A stretch of 64,000 bases of DNA, taken from assembly GCF_006345805.1 (NCBI RefSeq), contig NC_043010.1, forward strand, positions 37,572,001 through 37,636,000. Reading direction: 5' to 3'. Source of the stretch: Octopus sinensis. Lineage: Eukaryota. A program made the translations under genes and the position numbers. Shown in pieces: positions 11,753-24,681 of the stretch. Positions within the stretch are counted from its first letter, which is position 1. Each line of letters starts with the position of its first letter. The notes beneath the pieces were generated by a model that was not told the DNA's origin, did not search any database, and saw only the letters and a list, made by a program, of their open reading frames with translations.

Positions 11753-12115
11753 AAGAGCGCTCAGAGAGCGCAAACCCCCACCAAGGCAACATCAACGTCC
11801 TCTCAGCGATTAGCCGGAGATGGTTTTTAAAATGAGAATATCTGAAATGAACTCGACTGCTCTCACAAACGAGAATACTAAAAACGAACCCCATCGCTCT
11901 CAAAAATTATGTAAAAACCGGATAAATAATCCAGAATCCTTGTCCGGTACCGGATCGATCCCCAAATCTAATCAGTTCGTGCCAGTCACGAGGCCAAACA
12001 TCCCTGAAAGTTTCATCCGAATCCATCCAGCTGTTCTTGAGATATCTTTTGTCCACGGACAAACAAACAAACACAACTGAAAACAATACCTCCACCTTTG
12101 CTAAGACGAAGGTAA
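11753..12115 (-). mobile_element. Helentron-associated non-autonomous element (HINE/DINE-1-like)
   Basis: Minus strand: 5' sub-TIR ACCT.CG.C with a nearby inverted copy GG.GGAGGT, (GTTT)n tract, 3' sub-TIR followed by hairpin GCGCTC-TCT-GAGCGC; TT flanks. Confidence 0.65.
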
Positions 12116-12430
12116 GAAGAAGAAGAAGAAGAACAAGAACAAGAACAACAACAACAACAACAACAACAACAATAATAATAATAATAATAATAATAATCCT
12201 TTCTACGCTTGGCACAAGACCTTGAAAATTTTTGGGGAAGGGGACCCCAGTACGTAACTAGTACTTATTTCATTGACCCCGAAAGGATGAAAGGCGAAGT
12301 CGACCTCGGCGGAATTTGAACCCAGAACGGATCAACGAGCGAAATGCTGCTAAGCATAAAGTCCAGCAGGCTTACGATTCTGCCAGTTCGCCGCCGGCAC
12401 CATAATAATAATAATAATAACAACAACAAC

Positions 12431-12791
12431 AAGAGCGCTCAGAGAGCGCAACCCCCACCAAGGCAACATCAACGTCCTCTCAGCGATTAGCCGGAGATGG
12501 TTTTTAAAATGAGAATATCTGAAATGAACTCGACTGCTCTCACAAACGAGAATACTAAAAACGAACCCCATCGCTCTCAAAAATTATGTAAAAACCGGAT
12601 AAATAATCCAGAATCCTTGTCCGGTACCGGATCGATCCCCAAATCTAATCAGTTCGTGCCAGTCACGAGGCCAAACATCCTGAAAGTTTCATCCGAATCC
12701 ATCCAGCTGTTCTTGAGATATCTTTTGTCCACGGACAAACAAACAAACACAACTGAAAACAATACCTCCACCTTTGCTAAGACGAAGGTAA
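12431..12791 (-). mobile_element. HINE/DINE-1-like element, duplicated copy
   Basis: Nearly identical to 11753-12115. Confidence 0.65.
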
Positions 12792-12843
12792 GAAGAAGAA
12801 GAAGAAGAACAAGAACAAGAACAACAACAACAACAACAACAAC

Positions 12844-12879
<36 letters not shown>

Positions 12880-13242
12880 GTAGAGCACTCGAATAAAATA
12901 ATATTTAGCATTCAGTCTTTTAACTGTACTGAAAAATCAATTGTCTGGATGAATCCAGTGACGTGAAACTCCAATTGCAAGAAAATGAATACTGTTTCTG
13001 CATACGCCCGCACGCGCGCACGTGTGCACACACACAGACATTCCAGAAACTGACAATCCAATGAAAAAGTCTCTCGGTGGTCAATGTAGAGAAAGAGCAG
13101 CTAAATCTCGAATCTCATCTCAAAAGTGAAATGGTTATACAGTATAATAAAAAAGTAATAAGTATGAGCAAACACCCCCCACCACCACCCCATCATCACT
13201 CTTCAAACCCCCAATACCACCACCACCACCACCACCACCATA

Positions 13243-13600
13243 CCATCACCACCATCACTCCAACTACACCACCAACACTCCATGACTGAACCACCACCAC
13301 CACTACAAACAACGTCACCATCATCACTACCGCAGCCACAACCACCACCACTACCATCACCACCATCACTCCAACTACACCACCAACACTCCATGACTGA
13401 ACCACCACCACCACCACCACTACAAACAACATCACCATCATCACTACCGCAGCCACCACCATCACCACCATCACTCCAACTACACCACCAACACTCCATG
13501 ACTGAACCACCACCACCACCACCACTACAAACAACGTCACCATCATCACTACCGCAGCCACAACCACTACCACTACCATCACTCCAACTACACCACCAGC
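13243..13600. repeat. CCA-rich minisatellite, ~105-115-bp unit, about 3.3 copies
   Basis: CCATCACTCCAACTACACCACCAACACTCCATGACTGAACC recurs. Confidence 0.85.
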
Positions 13601-14129
13601 ACCACCATCACCACCACCACCACCACACTACGCTGTTATTAGATCCACCACCATTACAATCTCATAACACTGTCAACACATCTACCACCACTTCTGCTGC
13701 CACCACTACCGCCACTACAATATGTGTGTGTGTGTATGTGTGTATGTGTGTGTGCGCGTATTTCTGTGTGACTACAGCCTCTACCACCACCGCTCCCCCA
13801 TTCCATCATGCTACCCTGTCATCGCCACCCACACAACAGCAGCCCTGTCACCAGCTCTACACATGCTCACACTTCGCCATTTTCTGACTTCAAAGAAGAA
13901 ATCTCTGGTATGTTAAACTGCAGCAATTGTATACATTTCTCCAACTATTTCTCTCACCCTGGAACAAGACTTGAATATTTCGACCATGTTCTGAGAGTGC
14001 ACGCGTGCGCGCGCGCATGTATGTGTGTGTACGTATATGCATATATACGTTTGTATGTGTGTTTGTGTGCACATAGGTATATGAATATATATACATGTAT
14101 GTGTATGTGTGTGTATACTCTTTTTTTTC

Positions 14130-14497
14130 TCTCTTTTACTTGTTTCAGTCATTTGACTGCGGCCATGCTGGAGCACCGCCTTTAGTCGAGCAAATCGATC
14201 CCAGGACTTATTCTTAAGCCTAGTACTTATCGTATCGGTGTCTTTTGCCGAACCGCTAAGTTACGGGGTCGTAAACACACCAGCATCGGTTGTCAAGCGA
14301 TGGTGGGGGGACAAACTCAGACACACAAACACACACACATATATATACGTATACATATATACGACGGGCTTCTTTCAGTTTCCGTCTACCACATCCACTC
14401 ACAAGGCTTTGGTCGGCCCGAGGTGCCATGCAGTGGGATTGAACCCGGAACCATGTGGTTGGTAAGCAAGCTAATTATCACACAGCCACTCCTGCGT
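14130..14497 (-). mobile_element. SINE family A
   Basis: Reverse complement of 5883-6272. Confidence 0.8.
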
Positions 14498-14610
14498 CTG
14501 CTTGGAAATATACATATATGCATATATACTCATGTATGTGTGTATGTGTATGTGTGTGTACGTGTGTATATACATCTATATATACAGAATGTATACACAT
14601 GTTTGTGTGA

Positions 14611-14646
<36 letters not shown>

Positions 14647-14711
14647 AAAGAGAGAGAGAGTGAGAGGGGGGAGATGTGTTTGTGTGTGCTTTCCCAACCA
14701 CATGGTCCCGG

Positions 14712-15560
14712 AACCGTGGGTATTGGACTATGGCAGGGACGTGTATTGTCACTTCACCTTTTCATTATTTTTATATGAACTGGATAGACATGCGCGGTCG
14801 TTGTGGAAGTGTAATCAAAATCGGCGGATGTAGGATCGATCGGTTAATATTTTCTGACGACAGTGTGCTCATCAGAAAATGATCTGCATCAAACATTGAA
14901 TGGGTTCGCTGCAAGGCAGGGATGAGAATTAGAGTCGCGAAGACTGAGACATTGGTCCTCTCCAGAAACTCTGAGTGGAACATCACCGAGATAAGTGGAG
15001 CAGTATCTCAGGAGTGTATCCACGAGTGATAGGAAGCAGGAGGCTCTATTGGATGCTAGAATTGCAAGCATTGGCATAATAATACACCAGGTCCAGCATT
15101 CGGTCTTCGTAAAGGAGTGGTTTGTGAAAAAAGCCAAACTCGCTGTCTTCAATTTGGTTTTTGCGCGTTATCCTCACCTATGGTCATGAATGTTGGGTAA
15201 TGATCGAAAGAGAACGACCGCGAATGCAAGCGACCAAAATGGGATTCCTTCAAAGGATCTCTGTAGTAACGTTTACTCGACAGGGCGCATAGCTTGGAAA
15301 TCAAGGAGTCTCTCCAGGTCGAACTGTTACTCCTCCGCATTGAGAGGTCACAGTTCCAGTACTACGGACAAGGGATTAGAATGTCACGGAAAAGAATCGC
15401 ATGACAGTTAATCGAAGCCAAGCCAACCGGTAGATCAAGACTGAGATGGTTTCTAGCCAGAAAATCTAGCGACGGTTGCTTCTGACAGGACCATATGGAG
15501 GAGATGCTTGAGGACACTACCTTCTCCGACCCTCCCAGGGATACTGGGCGAAGAAAATAT
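14712..15560 (+). mobile_element. Decayed RTE-clade (Expander/Rex3-like) LINE RT 3' fragment
   Basis: Frameshifted remnants RLIFSDDSVL (YADD equivalent), AKTETLVLSR, LDARIASIG, AKLAVF, LTYGHECWVM. Confidence 0.8.
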
Positions 15561-16203
15561 ATGGCTTGATGTATCTGCGCGTGTGTATTTCTGTGTGAGT
15601 ATGATGTTATTTGTAGATAAGCGATTAATGACTCACGCAGCCATTATTAAAACCCGCAAACCAGGAAGGCGCACGTCTAATCGATTAGATATCTACGATG
15701 TGTCTGAACGTAAAGAAATGCACGCCAGTGTGAATACATGCACATACATATATACATTTGACGAAAATGAAAATGGATGCAAATAATATTGCAGAAAAAT
15801 TATCCTCCTTTGAACTACTACCTGAGAACAGTCTCCACAGCCTTCCCTCTCCTTCATTTTTGCTTTGTAATCACGATGGTATACAACTATTAAGCATTGG
15901 TCATTTTAATACACTACCAGCTGGCCTTATATTTTCCATTCGAACCAATCACATTATCACCTTCCTTTATTAATACAACATACTCATATATCTGAAGCGC
16001 TTCCCAGCCCTTTGCCCACATTTTAAAAAATCTTTCCGAACCCCTCCACAACAAAGCAACGGTGCGTACCACACCTGCCTACACATGATATCCCAGTCAT
16101 GCTAAACATAGGAAAATAACGCTCCCGTCTGCGTCCGGTCAAAACTGGGAACCATATTAAAATATTCAAATACCCTTCCAACATTGTTCTGAAAAATTTC
16201 ACC

Positions 16204-16263
<60 letters not shown>

Positions 16264-17585
16264 AATTTTCATATTTTGGTTGGCATTTTTCATGTATTTT
16301 CTCAACAATTCTTTTCTTTGTGTGTTCTTTCTCTCGACTAAAAAACTTTGTCTACTTTTCTACCCTTCACTCCCGTTTTTACTGGCGTTCGAAGATCGGG
16401 AACGTGAAACTCGGGTTAAACGTCAGTGGAATTTTCAGTAATATCATACATTACACAGCGTACACATATAATGTCTGTACCTGATCGATTTCTTTAGCAA
16501 CCACTGATATCAACTAGTATGGTCAAATGATTGTCTTTAGTTCGACCGTGACTGAGAAGGTGAATAGTCATCGAAACATCCAGATAATTACAGTGTATAT
16601 CCTTAGGAACATTTCGGTTCATTCTTCTCATTTATTTAATTCACTTAGACTTGAAGTCATGGTACTGAGTATCTGTTGCGACCTTGTGCAATTATATGAA
16701 ATATCTCACTTAGATGAATTAATATTGTACTGTGTATCAGGTGTGTTTGCGAAACTCACACACACATACGCGCGCGTCGCATAATATATACACATATTTG
16801 TATGCATATATGTGTGCTATTTATTGTTGATTGAATTTTTGTTGACTGATTATGTAATTCAAATGAATTTTGTGTTACAATGTGATCAGATTATAGGTGG
16901 TTAAGTTTATAATTATGAACCGGTTATAAACTATTGGTTTGTATATTCCCAAGTAGCGTTATAATATATGTTTCTAAGGCTGTATGAAACCGACAGAAAT
17001 AGTGGTCCTGTCTATATGTGTCGAAACGACTTTGACATCTGCTAGGCAGCTGAGGAGGAACTTTCCGATTTTCGTAGATTTTAGTCTTCATTGGGTATGT
17101 ATCTGATTGATTGAATACCATATATTTGTAGACATGGTTATTTATATGTAGATTCAGATATTTGTTTGCTATGTTTATCTGTGGGCTTATTTTAGCTTTT
17201 TTAAACAGGTTCTCTTGTTAGATATTTTAATGTGGAATTGTTAAGGGAATTCCGGTTGGTTTATTTCATGCATTTTGGATTGTAGTGATCCAAGTTATTT
17301 AATTTAGTGAAGGTAGCTTTTAGATGGGCGGTATGATCTACCTTGTTAATTTAACAATACGTAGTAAATATGTTGCATTTGTATGTATGTATGTGTGTGT
17401 GTGTGCATCTACACACACACACACACACACACACAATTCACTTGTCACTAATTGTGATTGAGGGTGCTGGGTAGCACCTATGTTGCTAGAAATAAGAGCT
17501 AAAAATCCATAGAGCTGCAAGAAAGCACATTTTCATATATTGACAAGGGGATATAACTTCCCCATAAGCAAAGTCAGATCACTGG

Positions 17586-17628
17586 ACTAGACTAGTTTCG
17601 CCTGAAAAATTACAAGCTCGCCAGTAGT
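17586..17628 (-). ncRNA. Minimal type I hammerhead ribozyme-like motif (A6G core variant)
   Basis: ACUA-CUGGCGA-GCUUG uaauuuuu CAGGC-GAAA-CUAG-UC-UAGU. Confidence 0.55.
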
Positions 17629-17877
17629 GACTACTCCATCGCCGTGGTCACTACTGACTATATAGGTGCCTGGGACATTAGCGAAGGCATTATGTATGCT
17701 CATATCAAGTCATTCTTGATTGTGAATGAAGACAGTAACGCATACATACATACATACATACATACATACATACATACATACATACATACATACATACATA
17801 CATACACATACTCACGCACACACATATAAATATACGCATACACATATGCATACATTTACATATCTTTTTATCATTTA

Positions 17878-18095
17878 TCTTTTACTTGTTTCAGTCATTG
17901 AACTGCGGCCATGCTGGGGTACAAGCTTCGAAGTTTTAGTCGGACAAATTGACCCAGTGCTTTTTTCTTAAAGCTTGGTACTTATTCTATCGGTTTCTTT
18001 TTGCCGAACCGCTGGTTCACAAGGACGTAAACAAACCAGAAAGAGACGCGCGCGCGCACACACATTTATAAATAAACATGCACACACTTATAAAT

Positions 18096-18138
<43 letters not shown>

Positions 18139-18287
18139 CGACGGGCTACTTTCAGTTTCATCTCACAAGGCTTTGGTCGGCCTGAGACTACAGTAGAAGA
18201 CACTTGCCCACGGTGCCATGCCGTGGGACTGAACCCGGAACCTTGTGGTTGGGAAGCAAACGTCTTACTACCCAGTCACGCCTGTAC
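17878..18287 (-). mobile_element. SINE family A, diverged
   Basis: Similar to the other family A copies. Confidence 0.7.
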
Positions 18288-18301
18288 CTATATATAAGTC
18301 T

Positions 18302-18574
18302 GGCATTCCTTCGATATAACTCGACAAAATCAAAACATTTCACTTCGGGTATTTCCGTGGAAGCAAATGACAGTTCGATTCTGTTTTCTGCTTGGAAATT
18401 TGAGGATTTTATATTCTCACATGAAACAGTTTAGAACAAATAAGCAAGGCTTCTTTTCTTCAAGTTGAAAATGAGACATTGCTGTCATAATTTCGTTATA
18501 TCTGTACTCCACAACCCACGGAAATACCCGAAGTGAAATGTTTTGATTTTGTCGAGTTATATCGAAGGAATGCC
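18302..18574. mobile_element. MITE/foldback with a perfect ~59-bp terminal inverted repeat
   Basis: GGCATTCCTTCGATATAACTCGACAAAATCAAAACATTTCACTTCGGGTATTTCCGTGG and its exact reverse complement. Confidence 0.8.
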
Positions 18575-18897
18575 CTAAGTATATATTTATATATGTTTAT
18601 ATATACACACGCACCGCATATATATAATTATGATTGTGTGACTGTTGATAGATGAGTAACAGCGAGAGAAGTTATGCTGTTAGTCAATGTAAAATGTTAC
18701 CAAACATACCAAGAGAGAGGCGACGATTGACATGTTTATGTCTGTGGCAATACTTCTCGTTCTTTTTGCTGTATTACTTTTAATATTTGTTTTACTACAC
18801 ACACACACACACACACACACAATGCAGAGACATATATGCATAAGTATATATATATATTTAGTATACACATCTACATACGTATATGTACACAAACACA

Positions 18898-18937
<40 letters not shown>

Positions 18938-18947
18938 TGTATGTATG

Positions 18948-18978
<31 letters not shown>

Positions 18979-19518
18979 GTATGTGTGTATGTATAAACAT
19001 ATACTCTTTTACTCTTTTACTTCTTTCAGTCTTCTGACTGTGGCCATGCTGGAGCACCGCCTTTAATCGAGCAAATCGACCCCAGGACTTATTCTTTGTA
19101 AGCCTAGTACTTATTCTATCGGTCTCTTTTGCCGAACCGCTAAGTTACGGGGACGTAAACACACCAGTATCGGTTGTCCCTCTATACACAATCATACAAG
19201 CCTCTTTAAAAGTGAAATGACATTGAAAATGGATGATGGAAAAACAAACGTCTGTGGAAAACTCTCGTCAGTTCTCCGACCATATATAATAACAGTTTCA
19301 GTACATTTAACTTACATCATCTTTCATCTGGCGGGTGCAAATGATTCTAAACACCATTAAGGACAGTATTATAAACGTCTGGAAAATTAATATTCGGTGG
19401 ACAACTTCCAGCACCCATTTCTTGTCTACCACATTCACCACACAGCGTGTCAAACGAAGAAGCTTCTAGAAATAGCTGCGAACTTCTCCTCAAAATCGTA
19501 AAGACGCGCAAGTACAAA

Positions 19519-19683
19519 CAGGGCCGGCCCTAGGGTTGTTGGCGTCCCGATAAGCTGAACTTCGGCGTGTACAAGCTGACGGTCGTGGAAATTTCCTTGT
19601 TTTTGTCACGCTCTTCTTGGCGACCCCTAGCACAGGGCGCCCCGGGCGACTGCCCGAGTTGCCGGTACCTTGAGCCGGCCCGG
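19519..19683. mobile_element. GC-rich hAT-type MITE
   Basis: TIR CAGGGCCGGC / GCCGGCCCGG; 8-bp TSD AGTACAAA / AGTGCAAA. Confidence 0.7.
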
Positions 19684-19859
19684 AGTGCAAATTAGATAAT
19701 ATAGTCCTAGAATGCTACAGTTGGAATGTCGTTGATTCATAGGTTTATGTAATAGGAGTTGATCTGGAGATAAACAATGAAAACAATACTTCCCCGCCGC
19801 TGTCCTCGCCGCAGTCTTCCCCCCGCCGTCGCTGCCGCCACCACCACCACCACCACCAT

Positions 19860-20160
19860 CATTTTGAAAATGAGAATATCTGAAATAAACCCAACTGCTC
19901 TCATAAACGAGAATGCTAAAAATGAACCCCACCGCTCTCAAAAATTAAGTAAAAACCGGATAAATAATCCAGAATCCTTTCCCGGTACCGGATCGATCCC
20001 CAAATCTAATCAGTTCGTGCCAGCCACGAGGCCAAATATTCCTGAAAGTTTCATCCGAATCCATCCCGCGGTTCTTGAGATATCTTGTCCGCGGACAAAG
20101 AAACAAACAAGCAAATGCGACTGAAAGCAATACCACCGCCTTCGCTAAGGCGGAGGCGGC
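19860..20160 (-). mobile_element. HINE/DINE-1-like element, partial third copy
   Basis: Collinear with 11820-12115. Confidence 0.65.
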
Positions 20161-20200
<40 letters not shown>

Positions 20201-20203
<3 letters not shown>

Positions 20204-20578
20204 CTATAAAGCTGATGTTGCATGCCCCTTTGACCCACGAATAGTCAAGAAGGAAGGAGAAAAAGAAGTGGATAAATACAAACATCTTAAGTACGAATTA
20301 GCCCGGCTATGGAAAATGAAGAATGTAAAGATAGTGCCAATTATTGTTGGGTCCCTAGGAACAAGATTAGAAGGCATCAAGGGGAATATAAAGGTAATTG
20401 GATAGAGTGCCCAGTAGAACTGATATAAAAGTTTTGCCTCCTCGGTACGTCCAGAATAATCAGGTAAGTATTAGATAGCTGAAAGGAATGGATAGCATGG
20501 TACCGTATGCTGTAGGTAGCAAGCCTGCTATGCATGCAAGACTCCAAGAGCTCCAACAAAACCTGTGATAAAGAAAGA
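20201..20578 (+). mobile_element. R4/Dong-type LINE 3' fragment (REL endonuclease) in (TAA)n
   Basis: DVACPFDPRIVKKEGEKEVDKYKHLKYELARLWKMKNVKIVPIIVGSLG; (TAA)n on both sides. Confidence 0.75.
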
Positions 20579-20591
20579 TAATAATAATAAC

Positions 20592-20632
<41 letters not shown>

Positions 20633-20857
20633 TTTTTTAAAATCCTTTCTAATAAAGGCACAGGGCCTGAATTTTAGGGAAGAGGACTAGTCGATTAAAT
20701 CGACACCAGTGTTTCACTGGTAGTTAATTTATCGTTCCCGAAAGGATGAAAAGTAAAGTCAACCACGGTGTAATTTGAACTCAGAACATACCGACGGACG
20801 AAACCCCGCTAAGCATTTTGCCCGGCGTGCTAACGATTCGGCCAACTCACTGCCTTA

Positions 20858-20906
<49 letters not shown>

Positions 20907-21002
20907 CAACAACAATAAAACCATCACCACCACCACTACCACCACCACCACCACTACCACCACCACCACCACCAACAACAACAACACTACTGAGAAGCAA
21001 CA

Positions 21003-21410
21003 ACGCTGCTGCCACCACCGCTGCTGCCACCACCGCTGCTGCAACCACCACTGCTGCCACCACCGCTGCTGCCATCACCGCTACTGCCACCACCGCTGCT
21101 GCCACAACCACTGCTGCTTCCACCACCACTGCTGCCACCACCACTGCTGCCACCACCACTGCTGCCACCACCACTGCTGCCACAACCACTGCTGCCACCA
21201 CCACCGCTGCTGCCACCACCGCTGCTGCCACCACCGCTACTGCCACCACCGCTGCTGCCATCACCGCTACTGCCACCACCGCTGCTGCCACCACCACTGC
21301 TGCCACCACCGCTGCTTCCACCACCGCTGCTGCCACCACTGCTGCTTCCACCACCACTGCTGCCACCACCACTGCTGCCACCACCACTGCTACTGCTACC
21401 ATCGCTACCA
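21003..21410. repeat. 15-bp-unit GC-rich minisatellite (CCACCACCGCTGCTG)n
   Basis: Direct inspection. Confidence 0.85.
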
Positions 21411-21926
21411 TCATCAACAATAACAATAGCAACAATAAAAACAGCGATATCAACACTACAAGCATGAGCAACAGCAATATCAACAGCAGTAACAATACCA
21501 CTACCATCACTACCATCACGACGACGACGACGACGATCACGACTACCACTACTACGACTACCACTACCAACATCCACCAACATCCACCACGACCATTACT
21601 AACAATAATAACAGCCACAACAAAAACATAATATACATAATCACCAGCAAGCATCAGTAACAACAAGGAAATAAGGAAGCTTTCACGTTGTCGTGCGACT
21701 TGCTAGAAATGGCAGTCAAATTACACCTCGAATTAAACCTCACCGTCTTAGGAAACAGACACTAGTTAATAAATGTGGTAATGGGTTCCGGGTCTATCGG
21801 CGGGGGAGGGGGAATGTCGGGATGGTCACGGCTGGTATGTTATTGGTCGTAAGTCTATCGACCAGGTCTGTCCTGGAGTTAAACAAGTGGCATCATCATC
21901 AGCATCAGCAGCATCAGCCGCATCAG

Positions 21927-21978
<52 letters not shown>

Positions 21979-22089
21979 AGCAACAAAACGACGCGAACGA
22001 TAGCGACGACAGCGATAACAAGACCACAAATCCTACCCGTATCTCAGCCCTACCCGTATCTCTATCATCCCCCCCACCACACACCTCAA

Positions 22090-22320
22090 CCGCCACTGCC
22101 GCCTCCGCCGCCGCCACCGCCGCCGCCACCGCCGCGCCACCGCCGCCGCCACCGCCGCCGCCACCGCCGCCGCCACCGCCGCCGCCACCGCCGCCGCCAC
22201 CGCCGCCGCCACCGCCGCCGCCACCGCCGCCGCCACCGCCGCCGCCACCGCCGCCGTCACGCCGCCGCCGCCGTCGCCACCGCCGCCACCGCCGTCGCCA
22301 CCGCCGCCGCCACCACTACC
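22090..22320. repeat. (CCGCCGCCGCCA)n repeat
   Basis: Direct inspection. Confidence 0.85.
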
Positions 22321-22760
22321 ATCGCCCAGTCCTCATACCCGGAGAGAAGAGTTTGGTAAATAAATCTTTATACTTCCCTTCCAGGTTGAAGAATTTACAA
22401 GAGTTTGAATAATTAGCGTAGGAGCAGAAATGGAATGCGAAAAAAGGGCGAATTCCAGGACAAACTGTTTTATTTATTTATTTATTTATTTATTCATTTA
22501 TTTATTCATTTAAGTGTGTGTGTGTTGTGTGTGTGTGTGTGTGTGTGTGTGAAGACTGTTAGGTGGTTGGTAGTTGGAAGATAAACGAAAATAGCGCGAC
22601 ACATTACATACATTCGTATGTATGTATGTATGTATGTATGTATGTATGTATGTATGTGTGTGTGTATGTATGTGTGTATGTGTGTATGTATGTATGAATG
22701 TATGTATGTATGTACGTACGTACGTACGTATTTATGTCTGTATGTACGTACGTACGTATT

Positions 22761-22791
<31 letters not shown>

Positions 22792-22916
22792 CGTACGTAT
22801 GTATGTATTTATGTATGCATGTGTGTAAGTATGTGTGTGTATGTAAGTATGTATGTAACGTATGTATGTACGTACGTATGTATAATATACACTGGCATTT
22901 ATATATATATATATAT

Positions 22917-24494
22917 GAGGACTGCTTCACTGACCTGGGCCGCCGACCATTCCTGTGGACGCTTGCCCCCGGCCAGTTCCTAGCAGTGGATCTTTTCGCG
23001 GGCGCCTGTCAGCATGCGTTGGAGCGGTTCAACTTCTCCAGGCGCCACCGCCGCCTCAACATCTCCCCGGCCGAGCTCTCGGCTCTTCGTTCCCTCCAAC
23101 GGCGCGCTGATATTATCATCAAACCGGCTGACAAGGGTGGAGCTGTGGTGGTTTGGTGCGCGGACCTCTACAGGGACGAGGCGCTCCGCCAACTCAATGA
23201 CACCTCCTTCTACCCCCCTCTGTCCTCTAACCCCACGCGTAGCTACCAACAGACGATATCCTCTACTGTCCACGACCTCATCTCGTCCTCCCGTCTCCCC
23301 CACACCGCATCCAACCTCATTGTGCGAACCCCATGCACCCCCACCATTTACTTCCTCCCCAAAATCCACAAACCCAACAACCCTGGCCGCCCCATCGTCT
23401 CCGCCTGTAACTGCCCCACGGAGCGCATCTCAAAATACCTCGACCGTGTCCTTGCCCCCCTAGTGACGTCTCTTCCCTCCAACATCCACGACACCAACCA
23501 TGCTCTCCGGCCTTTCAACTCTTTCTCCTTTCCTCCCGGCTCCTCCAAAATACTTTTTACAATGGACATCCAGATCCTCTATACCGTCATCTCTCACCAC
23601 GAAGGACTGCGGGCACTTCAACACTTCCTCGACCTCCGCCCCAACCCCGAAACCGACACCTCCACACTCATTCGTCTGGCCGAACTTGTCCTTTCTCTTA
23701 ACTGCTTCTCGTTCGCGGGCGAGTTCTACAAACAGTCCTCGGGAGTGGCCATGGGAACGCGAATGGGCCCCAACTATGCGAACCTGTTCGTTGGCTATGT
23801 TGAGGCCCAAATATTCTCTAGTTTCACTGGTCCCACTCCCGAACTATACGGTCGTTACATTGACGACATTATCGGTGCCACCTCACTCTCCCGTGAACAT
23901 CTAGATTCCTTCCTCTCTTTCGTTCAATCCTTCCATCCTGCCCTCCATTTCACCTCCACTATCTCCAACACCTCTGTCTCCTTCCTCGGCATTTCGGTCA
24001 GCATTCATCACTCCACTCTTACCACCTCCATTCACTACAAACATACAGACTCACACTCATACCTAAACTTCTCTTCCTTCCACCCCAAACACACCAAGCT
24101 TCCCATCCCCTATTCCCAATTCCTCCGTCTACGTAGGCTCTGTAGTGACGACCATGACTTTGAAACTCAGTCTCAACTCATGGCTCGCCACTTCATCCTA
24201 CGTGAATACCCCCTCACCACTATCCACACCGCCCTTGCCAGAGCACGTTCCGTAGACCGTGCATCTGCGCTCTCCCCCCGAACCTGCCCTGTAGTCTCCC
24301 GCCTCCCTTTTCCTCTCACTTACCACCCCACGACCCTACCTCTCCAACGCACCGTTCTTCGAGCTTACCGGCATCTCCAGTCCGACCCGTCCACTTCACA
24401 CCTCTTCCCTAACCGACTCCTCCCCTCCTTCAAACGAGCCCATAACCTACGAGACCTCTTGGTCCACAGCTCCTTCCCTGACCCTACCTCCTAA
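22917..24494 (+). CDS. Penelope-like reverse transcriptase (uninterrupted frame, no authentic start)
   Basis: IIIKPADKGGAVVV, FLPKIHKPNNPGRPIVS, FTMDIQILYT, QSSGVAMGTRMGPNYANLF, YGRYIDDI, YKHTDSHSYL. The first ~73 aa of ORF 22698..24494 are microsatellite. Confidence 0.9.
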   Translation, partial: EDCFTDLGRRPFLWTLAPGQFLAVDLFAGACQHALERFNFSRRHRRLNISPAELSALRSLQRRADIIIKPADKGGAVVVWCADLYRDEALRQLNDTSFYPPLSSNPTRSYQQTISSTVHDLISSSRLPHTASNLIVRTPCTPTIYFLPKIHKPNNPGRPIVSACNCPTERISKYLDRVLAPLVTSLPSNIHDTNHALRPFNSFSFPPGSSKILFTMDIQILYTVISHHEGLRALQHFLDLRPNPETDTSTLIRLAELVLSLNCFSFAGEFYKQSSGVAMGTRMGPNYANLFVGYVEAQIFSSFTGPTPELYGRYIDDIIGATSLSREHLDSFLSFVQSFHPALHFTSTISNTSVSFLGISVSIHHSTLTTSIHYKHTDSHSYLNFSSFHPKHTKLPIPYSQFLRLRRLCSDDHDFETQSQLMARHFILREYPLTTIHTALARARSVDRASALSPRTCPVVSRLPFPLTYHPTTLPLQRTVLRAYRHLQSDPSTSHLFPNRLLPSFKRAHNLRDLLVHSSFPDPTS

Positions 24495-24681
24495 CCTGGC
24501 TCATCGACCCTATCGCATCATCAACTCCTTCACCTCCGTGACCTCTTCCCTAACCGACTCCTCCCCTCCTTCAAACGAGCCCATAACCTACGAGACCTCT
24601 TGGTCCACAGCTCCTTCCCTGACCCTACCTCCTAACCTGGCTCATCGACCCTATCGCATCATCAACTCCTTCACCTCCGTG
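24400..24681 (+). repeat. 141-bp perfect tandem duplication in the Penelope element
   Basis: 24400-24540 equals 24541-24681. Confidence 0.9.

Larger units (their letters stand above)
11518..12878. repeat. ~678-bp direct tandem duplication (SINE + HINE cassette)
   Basis: ATCCTTTCTACGCTTGGC at 11518 and 12196; the copies differ mainly by homopolymer indels. Confidence 0.9.

Noticed and set aside
13282-13887. Extensin-like Pro/Ser ORF
   Set aside because: Minisatellite translation running into (TG)n.
20818-21666. Cys/His-rich, Val/Ala-rich and Gly/Ser-rich ORFs
   Set aside because: Different frames of one 15-bp minisatellite; no splice or domain support.
21693-22412. 239-aa poly-H/Q/P ORF resembling a transcription factor low-complexity region
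   Set aside because: Built from trinucleotide repeats; no domain or clear splice sites.
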